Part shown: in pieces, positions 36,370 to 44,970 of the stretch
Layout of the letters: each line of letters starts with the position of its first letter
Numbering within the stretch: the stretch's first letter is position 1
Assembly (NCBI GenBank): GCA_963757765.1
Contig: CAVWSL010000013.1
Location: 65,302-129,301, forward strand
DNA: 64,000 nt
From: an uncultured Chloroflexia bacterium
GTDB lineage: Bacteria; Chloroflexota; Limnocylindria; Limnocylindrales; CSP1-4
Direction: 5' to 3'
Made by a program: the position numbers and the translations under genes
The notes under the pieces: generated by a model
Told to the model about the DNA's origin: nothing
Seen by the model: only the letters and a program-made list of their open reading frames with translations
Databases searched by the model: none

Positions 36370-36948
36370 TCACTGCGGCTCTGCCATACATCCCTCTCGA
36401 AGCATGGCGGCCCAGCCATCGGTCGCGTCCAGGACGTCCATCGACGCCATGACGTTGAGGAGCATGCCCCGACCCATGAAGGTGGCGAGGCGGAATGCCT
36501 CGACCCCGGCCACGGATGCGACGTACTCGGTGACCTCGCCGAAGCCTGTCTGGACGGCCGCCCGAACATCGGGGTCGTCGCAGGCCGCGTACGACTGCAT
36601 CTGCATCCGGAGCTTGGTGCCATCCCGGAGCATCTCGAGGTAGGCCTCCCCGATCCAGTGGGTCACGGGCATGTCGGGTGTCCCCTCCTCGACCGCCACA
36701 CGGAAACGATCCAGGGTGTCGTCGAAGCACCGCCGGATGGCGGCCAGGAACAGCTCCTTCTTGGTCCCGTACAACCGGAACAGGTACGGCTGCGAGATGC
36801 CGACGTTGCGGGCGATGGTCTCCGTGGAGGTGCCGTGGAGACCCGTGTCCGCGAACGCTTCCATGGCCGCCTGCAGGATCGCCTCACGGCGGTCGATGGC
36901 TGTCAGGCGCTGGACAGCGGGTGGCGCGACGGATGCGGCAGTGGTCAT
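36370..36948 (-). CDS. TetR/AcrR family transcriptional regulator
   Basis: REAILQAAMEAFADTGLHGTSTETIARNVGISQPYLFRLYGTKKELF. It lies upstream of the MFS gene on the same strand. Confidence 0.85.
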   Translation of the reverse strand: MTTAASVAPPAVQRLTAIDRREAILQAAMEAFADTGLHGTSTETIARNVGISQPYLFRLYGTKKELFLAAIRRCFDDTLDRFRVAVEEGTPDMPVTHWIGEAYLEMLRDGTKLRMQMQSYAACDDPDVRAAVQTGFGEVTEYVASVAGVEAFRLATFMGRGMLLNVMASMDVLDATDGWAAMLREGCMAEPQ

Positions 36949-36956
36949 GCCGGCGC

Positions 36957-36985
36957 ATGTTAGTGATGACTCACAACTACGTCAA
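36957..36985 (-). promoter_or_regulatory. Putative leaderless promoter of the TetR-MFS operon
   Basis: Minus strand: TTGACG (36985-36980), 17-nt spacer, TAACAT (36962-36957), then 8 nt to the ATG at 36948. An ACGTCA-N10-TGACGT inverted repeat overlaps the -35. Confidence 0.45.
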
Positions 36986-37010
36986 CAGGGCAAATGACGT
37001 ATGCCGCTGA

Positions 37011-38246
<1,236 letters not shown>

Positions 38247-38248
38247 GG

Positions 38249-38635
38249 ATGGAGGGACCGATGGTCACCTGGGCACCTCAGCAGCTGTCCCGGTTCGCCG
38301 ACGCCGAGGAGCTGCGCATCTCCTCCCGGCGGCCCGATGGCACCCTGCGACCGTACGTCACCATCTGGTTCGTCCGCCTGGACGACGACCTCTATGTGCG
38401 CTCGGCGTACGGCCCGGACAACGGCCTGTACCGGCACGCCGTCGCATCGGGGCAGGGACGTATCCACGTCCACGGCGTGGAACACGACGTGACCTTCGAG
38501 TCGCCTGAGCCGTCCATGAGTGCGGCCCTCGATCGCGCATATCACCGCAAGTACGACCGGCACCGGGCCACCATCGTCGCCACCGTGATGTCCGCGGACG
38601 CGGCCCGATCGACCATCCGGCTGCTGCCGCGGTAG
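38249..38635 (+). CDS. DUF2255-like small protein
   Basis: Pattern ...IWFVRLDDDLYVRSAYGPDNGLYRHA...GRIHV.G.EHDVTFE......AYHRKY. The start may be the second ATG at 38261, which follows GGAGGGA. Confidence 0.65.
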   Translation: MEGPMVTWAPQQLSRFADAEELRISSRRPDGTLRPYVTIWFVRLDDDLYVRSAYGPDNGLYRHAVASGQGRIHVHGVEHDVTFESPEPSMSAALDRAYHRKYDRHRATIVATVMSADAARSTIRLLPR

Positions 38636-38781
38636 CCCCGGGACCCGCTCGGCAATTCCGGCAGATGTGCGCCCGGTGACTGACCAGACCAGCGAAGGTC
38701 CGTTGGACCACCCGGAAGACCCCCTCGGTGGCCGTGCGATGCGCGGGGCGGCTGGGACGGACACGGGATAGCGAGCCGTTG

Positions 38782-38812
38782 GCCCACTCATGCGCGGGGC
38801 GCATGAGTGGGC
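38782..38812. other. Perfect 14-bp stem / 3-nt loop hairpin, followed by (GGAGCC)x3
   Basis: GCCCACTCATGCGC-GGG-GCGCATGAGTGGGC (38782-38812), with a GGAGCCGGAGCCGGAGCC run at about 38821-38838. It sits in a 570-bp stretch with no convincing gene. Confidence 0.7.
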
Positions 38813-39203
38813 GCCAGCCCGGAGCCGGAGCCGGAGCCGTGCGGCGCCGATTACCATCCGCAACCGATGGATGCGTACGAGGCCGCCAGCCGGGATGGGT
38901 TCGCTGTCGCAAGTCTCGGCGCCGCCGCGGGTACGTGTCGGCCTCCCCTTCGCAGCCCTGTCAGGTGAACCTGCAGGCCGTGCTGCGGTATCCCGTGGCC
39001 GTGAGCCGGGCCGCGGAGGCGATCACCTTGCTCATCGCGGTGCTCGTGGCCTGCACCTTCATGCTCGTGCCCAGCGGGTCGCCGGCGTTGCTGGGCACCG
39101 AGCTCGCCATCCTCGGTGGCGGCGTCGCCATCCTCGTTGGGTACCGAGGCGTGGCACGCCGGGCGGCCATCAGCCCCGAGTGCCTGCTCACCCGTGGCAC
39201 CCG

Positions 39204-39956
39204 TTGACCGGGTTCGAGGCCATCGCGATCGCGGCGGCCGGGCTCGCCGCGGGCGCCATCAACACCATCGTCGGGTCAGGGTCGCTCGTCACCTTCCCGA
39301 CCCTGCTCGCGTTCGGATATCCGCCGCTCGTCGCCAACGTGTCCAACACCGTCGGCCTCGTGCCGGGGGCCATGAGCGGGGTGGTCGGCTACCGTCGCGA
39401 GCTCGTCGGGCAGCGCGCGCGCATGATCCGGCTGGGGACCGCGGGTGTGTTGGGCGGGCTCACCGGCGGCATCCTGCTGCTGGCCGTCCCGGCAAGCGTG
39501 TTCGGCACGGTCGTGCCGTTCCTCATCCTGTTCGCCTGTGTGCTCATGGCGCTCCAGCCCCGCCTCACCCGATACATGAGCAGCCGCGGCCATGCCCGCG
39601 CCGACCATCCGTTGCCGCTGACCATCGGGGTCTATCTCACGGGCATCTATGGCGGCTACTTCGGCGCAGCACAAGGCGTCATCCTCATCACGCTCCTGGC
39701 CATCTTCCTGACGGACGACCTGCAGCGTCTCAACGGTCTCAAGAACGTCATCGCCGCTCTGGTCAATGGCGTGGCGGCCGTCCTCTTCCTGGCCATCGCC
39801 CCGGTCGACCTCCAGGTCGCGCTGCTATTGGCCATCGGCTCCATCGCAGGTGGTCAGCTGGGCGCCTACGTCGGCCGTCGCCTGCCGGCCCCGATCCTGC
39901 GGGCGGCGATCGTCACGGTGGGCACTGTCGTGGCCATCTGGCTGCTCGTCCGATAG
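39204..39956 (+). CDS. TauE/SafE family sulfite/anion exporter-like membrane protein
   Basis: Contains AAGAINTIVGSGSLVTFPTLL and about 7-8 TM helices. 250 aa from the TTG at 39204, so the start is uncertain. Confidence 0.75.
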   Translation: MTGFEAIAIAAAGLAAGAINTIVGSGSLVTFPTLLAFGYPPLVANVSNTVGLVPGAMSGVVGYRRELVGQRARMIRLGTAGVLGGLTGGILLLAVPASVFGTVVPFLILFACVLMALQPRLTRYMSSRGHARADHPLPLTIGVYLTGIYGGYFGAAQGVILITLLAIFLTDDLQRLNGLKNVIAALVNGVAAVLFLAIAPVDLQVALLLAIGSIAGGQLGAYVGRRLPAPILRAAIVTVGTVVAIWLLVR

Positions 39957-39960
39957 CGCG

Positions 39961-39989
39961 TTGACAAGGGCTCGGCACCCCGGTATCGT
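39961..39989 (+). promoter_or_regulatory. Sigma-70/SigA-type promoter of the aromatic supraoperon
   Basis: Consensus TTGACA (39961-39966), 17-nt spacer, TATCGT (39984-39989). It begins 5 nt after the tauE-like stop. Confidence 0.6.
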
Positions 39990-39999
39990 CCCGACCCTG

Positions 40000-40029
40000 A
40001 TGACTCAGCATTTCTGGTTTTACGCCTAG
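40000..40029 (+). CDS. Aromatic-rich leader peptide MTQHFWFYA (9 codons)
   Basis: ATG ACT CAG CAT TTC TGG TTT TAC GCC TAG. The ATG lies 10 nt after the -10 box, so the ORF is nearly leaderless. It has four consecutive Phe-Trp-Phe-Tyr codons and is followed by hairpins and a U-tract terminator. Confidence 0.6.
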   Translation: MTQHFWFYA

Positions 40030-40083
40030 CGGGTACGGATGCCGCCGAGCAGCGCTCGGCAGCAGAGGCAGTCGTGCCCGCAG

Positions 40084-40118
40084 ACGCAGGAGCCGCAAGG
40101 CCCCTGCGTTTTTGTTTT
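40084..40118 (+). terminator. Intrinsic terminator (attenuator) upstream of the DAH7PS gene
   Basis: ACGCAGGAGCC-GCAA-GGCCCCTGCGT (10 of 11 bp paired, GNRA loop), followed by TTTTTGTTTT. It ends 28 nt before the ATG at 40147. Confidence 0.65.
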
Positions 40119-40146
40119 CCCGGCATTGCACAGGGCGGTGAGCAGG

Positions 40147-41502
40147 ATGATCGTGGTGATGCGGACCGGCGTCGACAGCGCGCTGGTGGAGGACGTCAAG
40201 AAGGTCATCGAGGCGGAGGGTCTCGAGGCCTACGTCATGGTCGGAGAGGAACGCAGCGTGATCGGTGTCGTTGGCGCCGGCGTGGAACGCGTCGAGCACG
40301 TGGCGTCGATGCCCGGCGTGGAGCAGGTCATGCGGATCTCCAAGCCGTACAAGCTGGCGAGCCGCGAGCACCATCCCGACCGGACGAGGGTCAAGGTCCG
40401 CGACGTGGTCATCGGTGGCGGCGCCTCGATCGCGGTCATGGCCGGACCATGCGCAGTCGAGTCGCGCGAGCAGCTGACCGCGACGGCACGCTGGGTGAAG
40501 CGCGAGGGTGCGACCATCCTGCGGGGTGGCGCCTTCAAGCCTCGCAGCTCCCCGTACGCGTTCCAGGGGATGGAGGTCGAAGGGCTCAAGCTGCTCGCGG
40601 ATGTCCGCGAGGAGGTCGGGCTGCCCATCGTGACCGAGGTCACCAACCCGGCCGACGTGCCCATCTTCGAGGACTACATCGACATGCTCCAGGTGGGAGC
40701 CCGGAACATGCAGAACTTCGTGCTGCTCAAGGCGGTCGGCAGGAGCCGGCTGCCGGTGCTGCTCAAGCGCGGCCTCTCCGCGACCATCGAGGAGTGGCTG
40801 ATGGCGGCCGAGTACATCCTCGCCGCGGGCAACCCCAACGTCGTGATGTGCGAGCGCGGCATCCGGAGCTTCGATCCGTCCACCCGCAACACGCTCGACC
40901 TGACCGCCGTGCCGGTGCTCCGCGAGCGGACCCACCTGCCGGTCATCGTCGACCCCTCGCACGCCACCGGACACCGCTCCCTGGTGCGCCCGATGGCCGT
41001 CGCCGGTGCCGCCGCGGGAGCCGACGGGCTGATCATCGAGGTCCACCCCGATCCGCCCCGCGCCCGTTCGGACTCCGAGCAGTCCCTCTCATTCCCCGAG
41101 TTCGGCGACCTGATGGACGACCTGCGCCGCTTCGAGTACCTGCGTCGGCCGTCCGCCCCGCAGGTGAGCGCTCAGGCCATCGTGCCCGGCGACATGGCCC
41201 GTCTCCGCGGCCGTATCGACGATGTGGATATGCGCCTGGCGGCGCTCGTCGAGGAGCGGGCGCAGCTCGCGGTGGCGGTCCAGCAGACGCGCAACGAGGA
41301 CGATCATGGCCACGACGTCGGCCGTGAGCGGGCACTCATCGAGCGCGCGACCGCATCCGAGGACAGCGTCCTGACCTCCGATGAGCGCGAGCAGGTGTAT
41401 GCGGCGATCATCCGGGCTGCGCGTTCCGCACAGCGCCGTCAGGCCGCGGCCGCCGCCGCCGCCCAGGCGGAGCAGCTGCCGACCGTGGGCTCCGTGGCGT
41501 GA
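40147..41502 (+). CDS. aroF: Type I-beta DAHP synthase with an N-terminal ferredoxin-like/ACT-like domain and a C-terminal AroQ chorismate mutase domain
   Basis: N-terminal domain: MIVVMRTGVDSALVEDVKKVIEAEGLEAYVMVGEERSVIGVVG. Catalytic core: GPCAVES, LRGGAFKPRSSPY, QVGARNMQN and DPSH. C-terminal domain: LRGRIDDVDMRLAALVEERAQLAVAV...GRERALIE. Confidence 0.85.
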   Translation: MIVVMRTGVDSALVEDVKKVIEAEGLEAYVMVGEERSVIGVVGAGVERVEHVASMPGVEQVMRISKPYKLASREHHPDRTRVKVRDVVIGGGASIAVMAGPCAVESREQLTATARWVKREGATILRGGAFKPRSSPYAFQGMEVEGLKLLADVREEVGLPIVTEVTNPADVPIFEDYIDMLQVGARNMQNFVLLKAVGRSRLPVLLKRGLSATIEEWLMAAEYILAAGNPNVVMCERGIRSFDPSTRNTLDLTAVPVLRERTHLPVIVDPSHATGHRSLVRPMAVAGAAAGADGLIIEVHPDPPRARSDSEQSLSFPEFGDLMDDLRRFEYLRRPSAPQVSAQAIVPGDMARLRGRIDDVDMRLAALVEERAQLAVAVQQTRNEDDHGHDVGRERALIERATASEDSVLTSDEREQVYAAIIRAARSAQRRQAAAAAAAQAEQLPTVGSVA

Positions 41503-42899
41503 CCGACGAAGGGGACCCGGCCAGCGGCCCGGGAGACCACGCCACGCCGGGTCGCGTCGAGCCGGCCGCCCGCATCCGGGGCGAGCTGCGTCTGCCCGGC
41601 GACAAGTCCATCGCGCACCGGGCGCTGCTGTTCGATGCTCTCGGCGAAGGCGAGGCCGACGTGCGCATCCCAACGCCGGGTGGGGATATCCGGAGCACCG
41701 CGGGCGTGCTCACGACGCTGGGTGCCATCCTCGAGGAGTCGCGCGGCCATGACGGCGTGATGCGCTATCGGGTGCGCGGCGGCGGCACGCGAAGCGCGGC
41801 CTGCCTGCCGGGCGTCGGTGGTGAGCTGCTCGACCACGGCAACGCCGGCACGAGTATGCGGCTCTCGATGGGCGCGCTCGCAGGGAGGGTCGCTGCGGCG
41901 CGCCAGATCGGGGACGCGTCGCTGTCGCGCCGCCCGATGGAACGTGTCGCGGTGCCGCTGCGTCAGATGGGAGCCTCGGTCTCGACGGTCGACGGCCACG
42001 CGCCAGTGACCGTGCGGGGCGCGCGACCCCTGCGGGCGCTGCATCACGAGCTCCCGGTGGCGAGTGCCCAGGTGCTGGGCGCGGTCAGCCTCGCCGCCCT
42101 GGCCGCGGACGGGCGGACGACCATCACGACCCCGGGCCCGACCCGCGATCACACGGAGCGGCTGCTGGCCTGGCTCGGCGTCCCGGTCTCGCGCGACGGC
42201 TTCACCACGACCGTGGCCGGTCCGACCGGCTTCGCGGCGCGCGACATCGACGTCCCGGGCGACATCTCCTCCGCCGCCTTCTGGATGGCCGCGGCCGCCC
42301 TCCATCCCGATGCGGAGCTGCGCATCCGCTCCGTCGGCCTCAACCCCAGCCGGACCGCCGTCATCGACGTGCTGCGCGAGATGGGCGCCGATATCACCGT
42401 TGTGGCAGGCGACCCGAACGGCCCGGAACCCGTCGGCGACCTGGTCATCCGGGGCGGCCAACCGATCCATGGCATCCACCTCGGTGGCATCCGGGTGGCC
42501 GACCTCATCGACGAGCTGCCCCTCCTGGCCATCGTCATGGCGGGCGCCGACGGGCCATCCGAGCTGCGTGACGCCGGGGAGCTGCGGACCAAGGAATCCG
42601 ATCGCATCGCGCTCGTCGTCGACGGGCTCTTGGCTATCGGGGTCGACGCGGAGGAGCTCCACGACGGCTGGCGCGTCACGCCCGGCGAGGCACGCAGCGG
42701 ACGACCGGCGGGGGCCACCATCGTGACCGACGGCGACCACCGCATCGCGATGGCCTTCGCGATCGCTGCGATCACTGGCGTCGCTGATGGCGTGATCGTC
42801 GATGACCCAGCCTGTGCCGAGATCTCCTACCCCACGTTCTGGAGCGACCTGGCGCTGCTGACCGATGGCAGCGGCCCGTCAGCAGGAACCACCCGATGA
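41499..42899 (+). CDS. aroA: 3-phosphoshikimate 1-carboxyvinyltransferase (EPSP synthase, class II-like motif)
   Basis: Contains LPGDKSIAHRALL, NAGTSMRL, LRTKESDRI and DHRIAMAFAIA. 466 aa. Confidence 0.95.
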   Translation: MTDEGDPASGPGDHATPGRVEPAARIRGELRLPGDKSIAHRALLFDALGEGEADVRIPTPGGDIRSTAGVLTTLGAILEESRGHDGVMRYRVRGGGTRSAACLPGVGGELLDHGNAGTSMRLSMGALAGRVAAARQIGDASLSRRPMERVAVPLRQMGASVSTVDGHAPVTVRGARPLRALHHELPVASAQVLGAVSLAALAADGRTTITTPGPTRDHTERLLAWLGVPVSRDGFTTTVAGPTGFAARDIDVPGDISSAAFWMAAAALHPDAELRIRSVGLNPSRTAVIDVLREMGADITVVAGDPNGPEPVGDLVIRGGQPIHGIHLGGIRVADLIDELPLLAIVMAGADGPSELRDAGELRTKESDRIALVVDGLLAIGVDAEELHDGWRVTPGEARSGRPAGATIVTDGDHRIAMAFAIAAITGVADGVIVDDPACAEISYPTFWSDLALLTDGSGPSAGTTR

Positions 42900-44191
42900 A
42901 CCGGCTCCGGCTCCTCACCGCCGGTGAGTCGCACGGTCCGGGCATGAGCGGCATCCTCGATGGGCTGCCGGCCGGGTTGCGTGTCTCGACCCGGGAGGTC
43001 GACCGCGACCTGGCCCGTCGGCAGCACGGCTATGGCAGCGGCCGACGGATGCGGATCGAGCGCGACCGGGTAGCGTGGAACGCCGGCCTCCGCTTCGGCC
43101 GCACGCTCGGCTCGCCGCTCGCCTTCAGCGTCGCGAACCTGGACTGGGCGAGCTGGACCGAGCGGATGTCGGTGGAGCCCATCCCCGCGGGTCGGCGACC
43201 GAAGCCCATCACGCTCGCTCGGCCGGGCCACGCGGACCTCGCGGGCGCCATCAAGTACGACACGCCCGATATCCGGGAGGTGCTGGAGCGGGCGTCGGCA
43301 CGTTCCACGGCACCTCGTGTGGCGGCCGGCTCCGTCTGCCGGCAGCTGCTCGCGGCGACCGGGGTCACGGTCTGGAGCTTCGTCGACCAGCTGGGACCCA
43401 TCCGCGCATTCCCCGACGTCGACGACCCCCTCGACCGCATCGGGAATGGCTGGTGGCAGCGGGACCGCGTCGACCCCACGCCACTCCGGTGCCCGGACCC
43501 GGTCGCCGAGGCGGCGATGATGGCCGAGGTGGATGCCGTCATCGAGGCGGGCGACTCCATCGGTGGCAGCTTCGTGGTGGTGGTCGAGGGGATGCCCATC
43601 GGGGTGGGCTCGAATGCCGAATGGGACACCCGCCTGGACACCGCACTCGCCGCCGCGACCATGGGCATCCAGGCGGTCAAGGGTGTCGAGATCGGTCTCG
43701 GCTTCGGGGTGCTCGCGCGCCGGGGCAGCGCGGTCCACGACGAGGTCGACCCGGCGCGGCCGTCGTGGGGCCGGCGCTCGAATCGCGCCGGGGGTGTCGA
43801 GGGCGGCATGAGCAACGGCGAGCCGATCGTCGTGCGCGCTGCGGTCAAGCCGGTCGCGACCCTGCGCAAGCCGCTCGACTCGGTCGACCTCGCGACCGGT
43901 CACCCGGGACGCGCCCACATCGAGCGCAGCGATGTGGCCATCCTGCCCCGCGCCGCGGTCGTGGGCGAGGCGATGGTGTCACTGGCCGTCGCGGACGCGC
44001 TGCTGTCCACGTTCGGTGGCGACACGATGGGTGATGTCCTGGCCGCGGTCCGGCGTCGCCGGCTTCGCTCCCGCGGCCCGCGTGGCATGTCCGTGAGCGG
44101 ACCGGGGTCGGGCGATGACGCGCCGGTGCTCCCCTCGTTGCCCGAGGATGCCGCAGCCGAAGCCACGCCCGTGGTCGGCACGGACGCATGA
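42896..44191 (+). CDS. aroC: Chorismate synthase
   Basis: Contains LTAGESHGPG, GRRMRIE, RPGHADLAG, ERASARSTA and GGMSNGEPI. Confidence 0.95.
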   Translation: MNRLRLLTAGESHGPGMSGILDGLPAGLRVSTREVDRDLARRQHGYGSGRRMRIERDRVAWNAGLRFGRTLGSPLAFSVANLDWASWTERMSVEPIPAGRRPKPITLARPGHADLAGAIKYDTPDIREVLERASARSTAPRVAAGSVCRQLLAATGVTVWSFVDQLGPIRAFPDVDDPLDRIGNGWWQRDRVDPTPLRCPDPVAEAAMMAEVDAVIEAGDSIGGSFVVVVEGMPIGVGSNAEWDTRLDTALAAATMGIQAVKGVEIGLGFGVLARRGSAVHDEVDPARPSWGRRSNRAGGVEGGMSNGEPIVVRAAVKPVATLRKPLDSVDLATGHPGRAHIERSDVAILPRAAVVGEAMVSLAVADALLSTFGGDTMGDVLAAVRRRRLRSRGPRGMSVSGPGSGDDAPVLPSLPEDAAAEATPVVGTDA

Positions 44192-44970
44192 CCGATGCAC
44201 TCCGGTTCGGGCTGCTCGGCCAGGGCATCGCGTACACGGCGTCCCCCGCGATGATGGCCGCCGCGTTCGCGGCCCTGGGATTGCCCCACACCTACGACAT
44301 CCGGGATGTCGCGCCATCCGACCTGCCCTCGGCGGTGGATGCGCTGCGGCGGCCCGACGCGGGCGGCGCGAACGTGACCATCCCCCACAAGGCGGCGGTC
44401 GCGCGGCTGGTCGACGACATCTCGCCTGATGCGCAGCAGGTGGACGCGGTCAATGTCGTCGTCCCCGATGCCGGCCGGCTCATCGGCCATAACACCGACC
44501 TGCCGGCGCTCATGGACGAGCTGCGACTGCTGCGCCCGAATGGGCTCGGTCGGGTCGTGCTGCTGGGTGCCGGTGGGGCGTCACGCGCGGTCGAGCTCGC
44601 GGTCATGCGGCTCGACGGCGCGCTCGTCCGAGTCACTCGTGCCGATGGCTCATGGGACCGGCTCCCCGAGCATCTCGCGGCCGCGGACCTGGTCATCAAC
44701 GCAACGCCTGTCGGCACCGGCTCGGATGACACGCCCGTGCCCGTGGGTCTGCTGCGGCCAGATCTCGCCGTGTTCGACCTCGTCTATCGGCCGAGCCCGA
44801 CGCGCCTGGTGCGCGAGGCCCGCGCGGCGGGCGCTGCGGCCCGTGGCGGCGGCGGGATGCTCCTGGGCCAGGCGTGGAGGAGCCTCGAGCTGTGGCTCGG
44901 CGTGCCCGCACCCATCGACGCCATGCGCACCGCGCTGCGCGACGCCGTGGGAGCGGACGTCGATGCCTGA
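44188..44970 (+). CDS. aroE: Shikimate dehydrogenase
   Basis: Contains SPAMMAAAFAALGL, NVTIPHK, NTD and LLGAGGASRA. 260 aa. Confidence 0.9.
   Translation: MTDALRFGLLGQGIAYTASPAMMAAAFAALGLPHTYDIRDVAPSDLPSAVDALRRPDAGGANVTIPHKAAVARLVDDISPDAQQVDAVNVVVPDAGRLIGHNTDLPALMDELRLLRPNGLGRVVLLGAGGASRAVELAVMRLDGALVRVTRADGSWDRLPEHLAAADLVINATPVGTGSDDTPVPVGLLRPDLAVFDLVYRPSPTRLVREARAAGAAARGGGGMLLGQAWRSLELWLGVPAPIDAMRTALRDAVGADVDA

Noticed and set aside
34532-36643. 703-aa ORF on the plus strand
   Set aside because: It is antisense to the 14-TM MFS transporter and the TetR gene. It is highly charged and repetitive (E/R/D/G/H) and has no recognisable domain.
38959-39207. 84-aa two-TM ORF upstream of the tauE-like gene as a separate feature
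   Set aside because: It has no RBS or promoter signal and no recognisable family. It may be a frame artefact or a remnant, so it is mentioned only within a finding.
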